From the NCBI RefSeq assembly GCF_964213995.1, contig NC_135830.1, positions 14,322,001-14,386,000 on the forward strand: a stretch of DNA of 64,000 nt, read 5' to 3'. Positions 50,313 through 61,784 of the stretch are shown here, one piece after another (within the stretch, counting starts at the first letter, position 1; each line of letters begins with the position of its first letter). The position numbers and the translations under genes were made by a program. Source of the DNA: Mustelus asterias (taxonomy: Eukaryota). Below the pieces are notes generated by a model. The model was given only the letters and a program-made list of their open reading frames with translations. It did no database searches and had not been told where the DNA came from.

Positions 50313-50351
50313 TGTTTCTGTTGCATTGATGAGTGCGTTCTGTTCACTGTG
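50313..50351 (-). other. Orphan 23-RSS
   Basis: Minus strand CACAGTG-23-ACAGAAACA; no V or J recognisable at the coding flank. Confidence 0.6.
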
Positions 50352-50959
50352 CCACCAGAGAGCATTGGGAGAGCAATGACAATGAGAGCATTGACAAATA
50401 CATAGATTAGCTACCGTTTTTTCTTCCACTATTGAGCAAAGGTATACACGCGAGACGAATGAAACAACCGAGAAGCGCGACTGACCCTTCCTGTTCCAGT
50501 CTGACAGAATTACACAGAGCTGTTGGTGAAGGACACTCACGCGGAGTTCAGGCCAGATAGCTGATCATTGAATGTGGATGCACCCTGTGAATCTTGACCA
50601 GGACCAGAATAGACGAAAGAAAAGCAAGTTTCTCCTGAAACTGAGAAATTCGAAAGGTTATTCCTTACTGCTAAACATGCGGATTATGTATTGAAACGTT
50701 TCTGATTGTCAGACGCAATGTGACAATGTGTGCTCTTCACTAATACTAAGTAACTGAAAGCAGCAGATTATTTCGATGGCTATTGAGATAATCATTGTCG
50801 CAGTGTGAACTTACGTTCGCTCACAATAGTGGGTCCATGCGCATCCTTTTAGCCACATGCTTAATGTTAATTTCACATGGCGCATATTTCATGCACGGTT
50901 GTTTCAAACATAAAAACTGCGCAAATACCTGCTCACAAAGCTGTTTTGATTTGCCCAGG

Positions 50960-51430
50960 ATGGAACAATACAACAAAACTTGCAAACATTGCTTCCTTCA
51001 TACCATCAAATGGTTAGAAGTGGGGATCTCTGCTTATGACTGCACAATGCTTAGCATCATTCGCAACTCCTCAGATGCCGACGCACTCTATGTCCAAATG
51101 CAACAAGACCTGGACAATATCCAGGCTTGAGCTGGCAGGTCACAACAAAACATTTAAGCTGCACAAGTGCCAGGCAATGACCATCTCCAACAAGAAAGAG
51201 TCGAACAGTCGCCCTTAAAAATTCAACCGCATTACCATTACTGAATCTCATTCAACATTCCCCTCCAAGCTTCTCACCATCCTGGCTTGGAAATGTATCA
51301 CCATTCCTTCATTGTGGCTGAGTCAAAATCATGGGACTCCCTCCCTCGCATCACGGTGGGTGTAATTACACCACATGGACTGCAATGGTTCAAGTTGGTA
51401 CTTCACCGCCACCTTGGACAATAAATGCTT
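50960..51430 (+). mobile_element. CR1/L2-type LINE 3' fragment
   Basis: DCTML...QMQQDLDNIQA and HKCQAMTISNK remnants. Confidence 0.65.
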
Positions 51431-51859
51431 CGCGACCCAGTAACACGCACAAACCTATAAATAAACAATAAAAAGTTGGAACATGAAATTCTTTGCAAAC
51501 GAATCTCTCATACCCTCCACCTTATCTCAGATTTTGTACTTTATTTTCTTCCCGCTTTGCCCATTCAGTTGCTCAAAGCCTATTAGATTTCTAACTCTCC
51601 TGATGCAAGGTCACAGTCAAAAACTGGGAACTCTCTTTCTATCTCCAAACTGTTGTCTGACCTGCTAAATATTCCCAATATTTTCTGCTTCGATTTCAGA
51701 TTTGGTCGTGCACACCAGATTCATAGAATCACTAAAGTGCAGAAGCAGTTATGAGGCCCATGAAATCTGTATCGACTCTCTCACAGACTATCCCTTGCCA
51801 TCCCATGCAACCCAACGCATTTCCAACGCAGGTTGTAGCGAAAGGTCAACTTAATATGA

Positions 51860-52610
51860 GTTAGGTCCATTCAAAGGTCTGACAGCAGCAAGGAAGAAGC
51901 TGCTTTTGAGACGGTTGATACGTAACCTCAGACTTTTGCATCTCTTCTCGACGGAAGAAGGTGGAAGAGAATATGCCCTGGGTGCGTGTGGTCCTTGATA
52001 ATGCTGGCTGCTTTGCCGAGGCAGTGGGAAGTGTAGACAGAGTCAAAGGATGGGAGGCTGGTTCGCTTTCGCGAACTGGGCTTCGTTTACGATCGTTTGT
52101 AGTTTCTTGTGATCTTGGACAGAGCAGGAGCAAGCCGTGATAGAGCCAGAAAGGATACTTTCTATGGTGCACCTCTAAAGGTTGGTAAGAGTCGCAGCGG
52201 ACATGCCGAATGTCCTTAGCCTCTTGAGAAAGTGAAGGCGTTGGTGGGCTTTTTTTAACTGCAGCCTCGGCGTGGAGAGATAAGACGGGTTGTTGGTGAT
52301 CCGGACACCGAGAAACCTGAAGCTCTTGAGTATTTCCACTTCATCCCGTTGATGTCGACAAGGGCGTGTCTTCCATCACGCTTCCTGAAGTCGATGACTA
52401 GGTCATTTGTTTTGTTGACACTGAGGGAGAGATTATTAGCATCGCATCAATTCACCAAATTCTCTCTATCTTTCCTGTGCTCTGTCTAATCATTGTCTGA
52501 GATCCGCCCTACTACAGTGGCGTCTCAGCAAAGTTGCAAATCGAGCTTGAGGGGAATTTGGCCACAGAATCTTAGGTGTATGAGGAGTAAAGTAAGGGGC
52601 TGAGGACACA
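51860..52610 (-). mobile_element. Degenerate LINE RT/3' fragment (L2/Rex1-like)
   Basis: Minus-strand remnants such as KFAE(D)ATVVG and VIDFRK; family not resolved. Confidence 0.55.
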
Positions 52611-53724
52611 GACTCGTGTCGAGAATAATGAACACCTTGAATATATTCCATTCTCAACGAAAGTCATCACTCAGGAAACATCCAACACCCATCCATGTCT
52701 CACCCTTCAGAGCAAAGCTATGTAAGAATAACATCCTGCAATTATGTGTGGAGTCTTGAGAAACTGAGCTGACACAGAATATTCGCCATCCAAATTCGTA
52801 TTTATATGGAATACCCAAGGAGAGATAATTGCATTGGCAGGAAGGCAGGTGTCAAAATCACGCAGATTTAAATGATTTGCACTCGTTTCTGGTTGTTCAG
52901 GAGCCAAATAGTTAGAGTGGGGGAGCCGGTTCGTTAGTGATTTTCAAAGGGGAGTACGTTCAGTATTTACAATGTCAACATTGTAAATATTATGTGTTAA
53001 TTGCAGGGAGGTGGAAACATGTCGAAAAGGGGTTGAGTGATGGAATCTTCCATCCTGGTAGAACAGAAGGTTTATAGGAAGAACATCACTTAGGACTTCA
53101 TCTCCATTTCTGATCTCATCCTGACCTAACAACATGTGTCCGCTCATTGATGGTTGTGGGTTTTCAATACTGGGATATGGGCAGTTGATAGCCCACTGGT
53201 ATTGACACTAGATTAGCGACTCAAGGACCCAGGTTACTAAGTCGGGCGGGTACCCAAGTTCAAATCCGAACAAGGCAGATGATGAAATTTGAAGTAAATA
53301 AAAAAACCATTGAGACCATTGTCGATTGTTGTCAAAACCCATCTTGTTTACTAATGCCCTTTTAGGGAAGGAAATGTGCCTAAATGTGACTCCAGAAACA
53401 CAGCAATATGGTTGACTCTTAAAGGTTTCTGGTCAATGGTTGCCCCCAGGATTTTCCAGCTATGAAAGAAGCATTTCGATGACCACCTGACACGCATTAT
53501 ATACAAGGTTATGGACCAAGAGCTGGAAGATGTGATTGGAATGGTTACATGTTTGATGGCTAGCACAGACAAGATGGGCCGAAGGTCTGTAGAAGTTTAT
53601 GACTCTTTGACTAACTCGACAGCTCCCCTTTCAAATCAGCCACGGGACATTAAACGCCCAACAGACAAGGCAGATTATTTGATACCTCATCTAAACATTG
53701 ATGAGTGATATTGCAGAACTTCCT

Positions 53725-53915
53725 CAACACAAACAGAAAATGCTAGAAAATCTCACAGCTCTGACAGCATCTGTGGGGAGCGAATAGTGCACACGTTTCG
53801 AGTCTAGATGACCTTTCGCTAGCTCTGACGAAGGGTTCTCTAGGCTCGAAGCAAAAACAGAAAATTCTGGAAAATCCCAGCATCTGTGGAGAGAAAATTG
53901 AGTCAAGGTTTTGAG
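53725..53915. mobile_element. Penelope-like terminal repeats in inverted arrangement
   Basis: TTTCGAGTCTAGATGACCTTTCG facing CTGACGAAGGGTTCTCTAGGCTCGAA. Confidence 0.55.
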
Positions 53916-54775
53916 GCTGGATAACAGAACCAAGCTTACCTGATCTGACTCCAGATGCACAGCAATGGCTTGCCATCTGGAATGATCTAACAATTGTCCG
54001 GTTTCTCCTACAGTCCGAAAGACGTGCTGGTTAGGTGCCTTGACCATGCTAAATTGTCCCTCAGTGTACCCGAACAGGTGCCAGAGTGTGGCGACGGGGG
54101 GATTGTCACAGTAACTTCACTGCAGTGTTAATGTAAGCCCAGCTGTTGCACTAATTAATAAACTTTAAACAATCCATTCAATTCAGGGCAATTAGGGATG
54201 TGAGCGAAGTCCTCACCCCTTGAGATGATAAATAAAACCAAAACCGATTCACCTACTTCTCATCAAATCCTTCGATGGATGCCCTTCTCAACGTCTCTGG
54301 AATCGTCTCCAACCTGTGTTCTTTTTCAATCTGTTGTTTCTATAGTTTTTGCCTTTTGAAAGTGCCCCTAATTCTTTTCGCCCCTCAATCCGCAACTGTG
54401 CCTTCAATTGCCTTCTTCCTGAGCTGGGGAATTCTCGAGGTTAATTCCTCACCTTCCCGCCTGCCCGCCCCCCCTCCCCCAATCCCCCCTCCCTCATCCC
54501 CGCCCACTTTTCCACCTCAGCTTCCTTACCTCCGTTCTTTTAACAATTTTCCTGAAAAATTACCCCAACCGCAGAACATCCTGCTGGTTATCTAACCCCT
54601 ACAGGTGTGCTGTGCCAAATATTTTTAGCCAGTGCTCATGTGAAATCACATGGACGGTTTTAATCGGGTGCGTTGCTTCATGGGAGTGGAATTGATAGTT
54701 GCATCAATCAGCGACATTCTGCTGTCGCAGCTGAGATGATACATGCGACAGCAGTAGCAGCAACAGCTGCTGAAG

Positions 54776-54842
54776 AGTTTTTGTGCTGGCATGTATCACT
54801 GTGCACAGCGTTAGATTAAAGGTAAAACCCCGTACAAAAACC
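54776..54842. other. Precise 12-RSS/23-RSS signal joint (or zero-length D)
   Basis: AGTTTTTGT-12-CACTGTG|CACAGCG-23-ACAAAAACC with no intervening bases; the junction creates GTGCAC (ApaLI). Confidence 0.93.
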
Positions 54843-54997
54843 TCAGCGAGTATTTACAGCTCCATTAAGTTTCCTCCTGCGCGAATGGTTTGACCCGGCT
54901 TCAAGAAGACAGTCATTTCTAATTAGGGTAGAGCCGACGGGATGATTGGATATCACCTGAAGACTCTGTCAGCAATAAGCCAATAAGCAGATGGTGT

Positions 54998-55506
54998 TGT
55001 GGTGAACCATCGTTGGTTCCCACTAGGTAGTACTGAGCCAGGGTCTGGCCAGTACGACGAGTCTGTATATATGTTGCTGTTGGGATTAGGGATGGGTTGT
55101 TCTATTTGTTACTGTTGGGGTTAGGGTTGGGCTGTTACACCTGTATTATAGTTATTATGGTACATCCCAGTCGGGCTCCACCTCCTGGGAGAGGTATAAA
55201 GGTCACTGCTCTGCTTGGGACCCCTCAGTCTGGGATCGTGTACTATATATGGTAGCTTCGTTGTAATAGTAAATAAAAGCCTTTATTTCCTTGAGCATAT
55301 CAAGCCTCGTGAGTGATAACGCGCATCAATTTTATTTACTATTAATTAAACTCTCGTCGTTAAACAAAAAGGAAAATGATACAGAGAGTATGGAACAAGT
55401 AGAACAACCCATCCCTAACCCCAACAGCAACATATATACAGACTCGTAGTACTGTCCAGACCCTGGCTCAGTACTACCTAGTGGGAACCAACGATGGTTC
55501 ACCACA
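54998..55506. mobile_element. LTR-derived element with 113-bp terminal inverted repeats
   Basis: TG...CA termini and 5-bp TSD GGTGT. 54998-55110 is the reverse complement of 55394-55506 with about 4 mismatches. The left 330 bp resembles a full LTR (TATAAA, AATAAA, ends GCATCA). Confidence 0.85.
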
Positions 55507-55666
55507 GGTGTTATCTAATATTCTCTTAATTCTCGATCCAGTGATCTCAGCTCTTCCTCCCATTGATTCTGTAGGATGTGACATCCACTGCTCTCAGCTT
55601 TATCTCGTTCGATATTCTGCAACTTTCGGAGACACAAGTCCCGGGAATCCAGGAGCAGCAGCAGCG

Positions 55667-55712
55667 ATGCGGTGCTCCCTTCTCGCTGTTTTCTGGGTGA
55701 CATTCATTGTCG
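55667..55712 (+). CDS. Leader exon (MRCSLLAVFWVTFIV) of a truncated TCR V
   Basis: Hydrophobic, with phase-1 G|GTAAG donor. Confidence 0.78.
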
Positions 55713-56454
55713 GTAAGAAGTTTGAAACTTGAAAAAGAGTAAAAGGGAGTTTAATTTATGGAGGAATAAGTTTGAAAAGCAGGACTTTCGTGTTAAACAA
55801 GTATTAGACCTGCCTTAGAGCACAAATGAATCTTTGTTTGTGGCTTTGGTCTTTTGGAGGACAGATTCTAAAAGCGCACAGCAAAGGCGATTTAAAGAGA
55901 TGGTACCAGGATTGGAAGATGAGAGCTATCAGAAAGCATTATAAAAATTATGATTGCTCTCTCTCTGGACGAGAAGACAATCAGGTAATCTGACTGATTT
56001 CTGGACAATGATGATCAAATCAATTTAAATAATAATAAATCAAATCAAAGAGATTTAGTGTGCTGGACGGGTAGAGGATGATTCCATTTGGGGAGTATTA
56101 CATATCTGTGTCCCATAAATCTAAGTGAAACAAAAAGATCAACTGGGAATTACAGAGAAATTTTTTTTGAAAGAGTTCTGTAGAAGTGACTCACACTGAC
56201 ACAATGAACTGTTGAGGAGAGGATTAACGATGCATTGGAGGGCAAACTAGAGAAACCGCTGAGGTAGAAAGGGATAGAGGTATTTGAGATGAGGCAGGAG
56301 GGAGGATTCTCCGAGGGATTGTGAAAGGGGACAGAGATCAGTTGGAGTGAATGTGTTAGAATTTAATACCTTCTTTTATGTTGCACTGATTTTTCACCCT
56401 CGCTTCAAGTGAACTTTTAATCAATGACTTTTGTTTGTTAACCTTGTGTTCTCG

Positions 56455-56588
56455 ATCTGAACGATGGAGATTCTGTTACTCAGCTGGAATCCTCACTCAC
56501 ACAGACAGAGGGAGAAGATGTCACTTTAATCTGCACCTATACCGACGATGCTTATTATTTATTCTGGTATTGTCAATACCCAGGCAGA
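56455..56588 (+). pseudogene. TCR alpha/delta-type V pseudogene truncated by CR1
   Basis: [44 protein letters not shown], then LINE sequence. The expected acceptor reads CTCG (no AG); the 3' half and RSS are absent. Confidence 0.85.
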
Positions 56589-57670
56589 CATCCCTCCAAA
56601 CTATCCACAACACCATCAACTTTCGTGTCGTCGGCAAACTTACCAACCCATCCCTCCACTTCCTCATCCAGTCATTTATGAAAATGACAAACATCAAGGG
56701 TCCCAGAACAGATCCCTGGGGCACTCCACTGGTGACCGACCTCCATTCAGAAAAAGTCCCATCTACAACCACTCTCTGCCTTCTGCAGGCAAGCCAGATC
56801 TGAATCCACAAGGCAACAGCCCCTTGGATCCCATGCCCTCTCACTTTCTCGAGAAGTCTTGCATGGGGGACCTTATCGAATGCCTTGCTGAAGTCCATGT
56901 AAACCACATCTACCGCTTTTCCTTCGTCAATGTGTTCAGTCACATTTTCAAAGAACTCCACCAGGCTCGTAGGACACGATTTGCCTTTGACAAAGCCGTG
57001 CTGACTACTTTTGAGCATACTAAACTTCTCAAAATGTTCAGAAATCCTGTCACTCAGGATTTTCTCCATCAACTTACCAACCACTGAGGTTAGACTCACC
57101 GGTCGGTAATTTCCTGGGCTATCCCTATTCCCTTTCTTCAATATAGGAACCACATCCGCAATCTTCCAATCCTCCAGAACCTCTCCCGTCTCCATTGATG
57201 ATGCAAAGATCATCGCCAGAGGCTCTGCAATCTCTTCCCTCGCCTCCCATAGTAACCCGGGGTACATCCCACCCGGTCCCAGCAACTTATCTATCTTGAT
57301 GCTATTCAAAATTTCCAACACACCCTCTTTCTTAATGTCCTCATACTCAATCTTTTCAGTCCACCTCAATCCTGTAGTACAACCACCCAGGTCTTTTTCC
57401 ACCGTGAATACCGAGGTAAAATATTCATTAAGCACCTCTGCTATTTCTTCCAGTTCTGTACAGACTTTCTCACCTTCACATTTTATAGGTTCTATTCCTT
57501 CACATCTCATCCTTTTACTCTTCACGTATTTATAGAACGCCTCAGGCATCTCCTTAATCTTACCTGCCAAGGCCTTCTCGTGACCCCTTCTTGCTCTCCT
57601 AATTTCTTTCTTAAGTCCCTTCCTACAAGCCGTATACTCATCTAGATCCCTATCATCGCCTCGCTCTCTT
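56589..57670 (-). mobile_element. CR1 LINE ORF2 fragment
   Basis: ORF 56521-57795(-): [24 protein letters not shown] and [11 protein letters not shown]. Confidence 0.92.
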
Positions 57671-58445
57671 TTATGAACTCTCTGAATATTCACTTTCGAA
57701 TGAGGAGATGCATAATAAGTAAATGTATTGATGTTAAATGTTGAATAATGAAACAAATACCTAGTAAAATAGATTGAGAATGATGCATTTACCACAGTGG
57801 TTCATTTTCAGTTTTTGTTTCAGATTCCAGCATCCACAGTTTTTTGCTTTTATTTATTCGCTCTGACCTGGGCCTCAAAATTCATTCAGGGCGATCTGAA
57901 ATACTGGATTTTCATGAGAAGAAAAAGAGGAGCATGTTCTCCAGGAGCACCTGGAGAACGTGCAGACTCCGCCCAGACAGCCACCCAAGCCGAGAAACAA
58001 ACCTGAGTCCCTGGTGCTATAATGGTTGTCCACAGGGAGAATGTGGACAGCCATTAGCAGTCTTTTCCCCTGGTTTCTGTGGCTATGGCTCATCTTTCAT
58101 TCCCTCACCCTGCAGTATAAATATCTCCCAATTCTTTTTGCTTTGATAAAGGGTCATCTGGACTCAATATTGCAAATATCGCTGACATTAAGTGATGTCC
58201 ATCTTTGTGCGGGGCAAACGTGCTCCATTTGGACAGAAGGTGAAGGGCCGGAACAGATGTGCCCCTAAAAAAGATGACGACGATGTGGGGGCGGGGCTTT
58301 GGGCGGTGCACGCAGAACGCAGAGGCGGTTGGGCTTGCACATGCGCATTGCAGCGGGAGTGTTTTGTTGACGGAAGCGCGCGGCTTCTTCTCTTGATCTG
58401 AATCAGATTTGAAAGGGGGGACGGTTAACGGTCGGCGGCGTTGTC

Positions 58446-58525
58446 ATGGCTGCAGGGGCGGGGCTTGTCAACCGGGCGCGCTGGCACAAGTGGACCCTCG
58501 AGCTTAACCTGAGTGGCAGCAGCAG
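58446..58525 (+). CDS. EMC4: EMC4 exon 1
   Basis: MAAGAGLVNRARWHKWTLELNLSGSSR in a CpG-rich region, with phase-2 donor. Confidence 0.88.
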
Positions 58526-59176
58526 GTGCGGAGGCCGCGCGGGGTGCCGGGGGCTCGAGTAGGAGGCAAGCCGGGTCAGCCCGTCTCTCCCGAGGGGAGG
58601 CCACCGCACACTGACCCGGGGATGTGGCACCAACCCAAAACTTCCCAACCCCGGGTTTTTCACGCCTCTTTTACCCCTCACCGAGCTCCTCATCACAAAG
58701 CAGCCCCTCAAATCCTCCAGAAACCACTCAGACCCCACTTGGCATCTTTTCCCCAGGTCATGACCCTGAGATGCCCTTTTGGTTTCAGCCCCTCCACCTG
58801 ATCAGGTGCCAACTGCGGTGGTGGTTGGAGGAACGATTGCTGGTTTCCAGGGCCCGGTGCTGAACTGGATCTCTCTCAATGTCCCGCAGTGTTTGTTTTC
58901 AAGATACAATTTGGTACATCTGGTGATTTGTCACTTTGTCCCGAAATGGAGGGCAACTGGATTGGCACCCTGATTATCAATTGGCACTAATCCACTTCTG
59001 CCACCCTCCATTCCCGTGGCAGTTCAGTGGACACAACGGCAGTGTGTGTCCGAGGTTTGCCCAAGCTTTAGTTCATGTTGGCACTATTGTCACCATGTTG
59101 GGTCCTCAACAGAGAGACTCCCTCTTTAAAGAAGGTCTTGAAAGGGTGACCAATTTATGTTTTCTGTTTCTCACAG

Positions 59177-59288
59177 GAGCCGTGATCAACAGTGTGGCCA
59201 GAGAGACTCCATGTACCCAGTCGCATATTCGGACAAACAGCTACCGGACATCTGCGTCCAAGAAACAGACCGGATCCTGGTTGAGAAA
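59177..59288 (+). CDS. EMC4: EMC4 exon 2
   Basis: [37 protein letters not shown]; AG/GT flanks and consistent phases. Confidence 0.95.
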
Positions 59289-59494
59289 GTAAGTTGGATT
59301 TGAATGTGTCTTTAGTGTGTGGCTGACAACGCCCCTGGTTTGTCCACGGTGGTGAAGTACCTTGGTGAACCACAGCAGCCTGTGTGATAAAGGGTTAATC
59401 ATCATGCTTACTTCAAGGCCTGGATATAAGATCAGCATATGGCCTCCCCTAACCGGCCCCCTTTACTGATACCCTGCTCACTTTCTGTTTTCAG

Positions 59495-59648
59495 CGCTGC
59501 TGGGACATCGCCTTGGGCCCATTGAAACAGCTGCCCATGAATCTGTTCATCATGTACATGGCTGGCAACACCATCTCCATCCTCCCTATCATGATGGTGT
59601 GCATGATGGCCTGGAGACCCATACAGGCCTTGATGTCCATGTCTGCAA
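59495..59648 (+). CDS. EMC4: EMC4 exon 3
   Basis: [51 protein letters not shown]. Confidence 0.97.
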
Positions 59649-59729
59649 GTGAGTATTGTATCGAATCTGCAGCTCAGAAACAGCTCTGAACCGGCATCAC
59701 TTGACTGTAGCTTAGAATAGAGTTCTGGG

Positions 59730-60730
59730 AGTTGGGTAATTAAGGGAGTTAGAGAAGAAAGGGAAAGGGGTGCTGTTTTGCTTTCTAACTTTCTCAGCCG
59801 TCAGGAAGTGATCTTACTCTTCTACAGGAGAAGAAGCTAGATTTTTGGTGAGGATCTGCTAAGTGACTACGGTTTATTCTATTATTAAGGATTAAAATAG
59901 TACAGCAACTGGTGGTAAGGTTAATAAAATACTTAAAAACTAAAATACTTGAAAACAAAAATAAAATATGTAATTAGGTAAAATAATTAAACAGTTTATT
60001 CGCACACATTAAAGATGTGTCACAGCTGCAGCATGTGGGAGCTCCTGGCTGTCAGTTTGATCCAGGGCAACCATGTCTGCAGTCAGTGAAGTTCGAGCAG
60101 CTCTGGTTCAGAGTTTATGAGCTGGAGGCTGAACTACAGACACTGCAATGCATCAGGGAGGGGGAAAGTTACCTGGATTCTTTGTATCAGGGAGCAGTCA
60201 CACCTCTTGGCCCAGGGTCTGCTGATTTGGTCAGTGGTCAGGAACAGGAAAGTGAGGCAAACTTGTCCAGCCAGTTTGAGGTATTTTCAGCTTGTTTGGA
60301 TGAATGGGAGCTGCAGGATGGATGAGCCAATTACCCATGGCACTGTGGTACAGGAAGCCATTCTAGTGAGGGGAGCAAAAAGGATTGCAGTGATAATGGG
60401 GGACAGTATAGTCAGAGGGATTGGCACATTCTCTGCAGTAAAGAATGTGAATCCAGGCGGCTGTGGTGCCTGTCTGGGGCCAGTGTTCAGGACATCTGAT
60501 CAGGGCTGGAGAAGAAATTTCAGTGGGGAGGGGAAGGTTCCAGTTGTCCTCATCAATGTAGGTATAAACAACAGAGATAAAGAAGGAGGTTTTCAGTGTC
60601 GATATGAGGACCTAAGCACTAAATTAAGAAGCAGAACCTCAATGGTTATAATCTCTGAATTATTACCTGAGCCACATGCTAATAGGTATAGGACAGATCA
60701 GATCGGAGGGATGAATGCGTGACTGAAAGG
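59730..60730 (+). mobile_element. CR1 LINE 5' UTR/ORF1 remnant in EMC4 intron 3
   Basis: Coiled-coil RVYELEAELQTL and esterase-like VIMGDSIVRGI. Confidence 0.75.
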
Positions 60731-60759
60731 CTGCGTTAAAGTTTATTTATTAGTATCAC

Positions 60760-61335
60760 AAGTAGGCTTACGTTAACACTGCAATGAAGTTACTGTGAGA
60801 ATCCCCGAGTCGCCACACTCCAGTACATGTTCGGGTACAATGAGGGAGAATTTAGCGTGGCCAGTGCACCTAACTAGCACGTCTTTCAGACTGGGAGAAA
60901 ACCGGAGCACCCGGAGAAAACCCACACAGATACAGGGTGAACGTGCAAACTCTGCACAGATAGTGACCCAAGGGGTGGCACAGTGGTTAGCACTGCTGCC
61001 TCACAGCGGCAGGGACCCAGGTTCGATTCCAGACTCGAGTGACCGTGTGTGTGGAGTATTCATGTTCTCTGTCTATCTCCGGGTCCTCCGGTTTCCTTCC
61101 ACAGTTCAAAGATGTGCGGGTTAAATTGATTGGCTATGGTTCGTTGTCCCATAGTGTCAGGGGGACTAACAGAGTAAATACATTGTGTTACAGGGATAGG
61201 GCCTGGGTGGGATTATGGTCGGTGCAGAAGCGATGGGCTGAATGGACTCCTTCAGAATTGTAGGGATTCTAAGCCAGTATAGAACCGAGTCCCTGGTGTT
61301 GTGCGGCAGCAGTACTAACCACTGTGCCGCCCTAA
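60760..61335. mobile_element. Nested HE1-type SINEs (plus-strand copy ~60973-61270 inside a minus-strand copy)
   Basis: V-SINE cores on both strands. Confidence 0.75.
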
Positions 61336-61784
61336 CTGGTGTGGGAGGTGGGTTCTGGTTCATGGGACACTGACATCAGTACTGGGTAAAGTGGGATCTG
61401 TACCATTGGGACAGTCTACATCTGAACTGTGCTGGGGCCGGTGTTCTTGCGAACCCCATGATGAGGAAAATAGAGACGGTTTCAAACTAAATAGTGGAAA
61501 AGGAATCAAATTTGAGGCAAGGAATGAAATTTATATGAATGACTGGATGAAGGGATGTTTGGCAAATTTGCCGATGACACACAGATAGATGGGAAAGTAG
61601 GTTGTGAAGAGGACATACAGAGAGTACAGAAAGATAGAAAGGTTAAGTGAGTGGGGAAATATCTGGCAAATGGAGTAGAATGTGGGCAAATGTGAGATTG
61701 TCCATTTCGGCAGGAAGAATGAAAAATAAGCATTTTGTCTAAATTTTGAGAGATTGCAGAGCTCAGAGATTCAGAGGGATAGAG

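Noticed and set aside
56521-57795. 424-aa ORF as a host gene
   Set aside because: CR1 reverse transcriptase fragment with chance extensions into flanking DNA.
58403-58863. Overlapping ORFs around the EMC4 start
   Set aside because: GC-rich CpG-island artefacts; only exon 1 matches a known protein.
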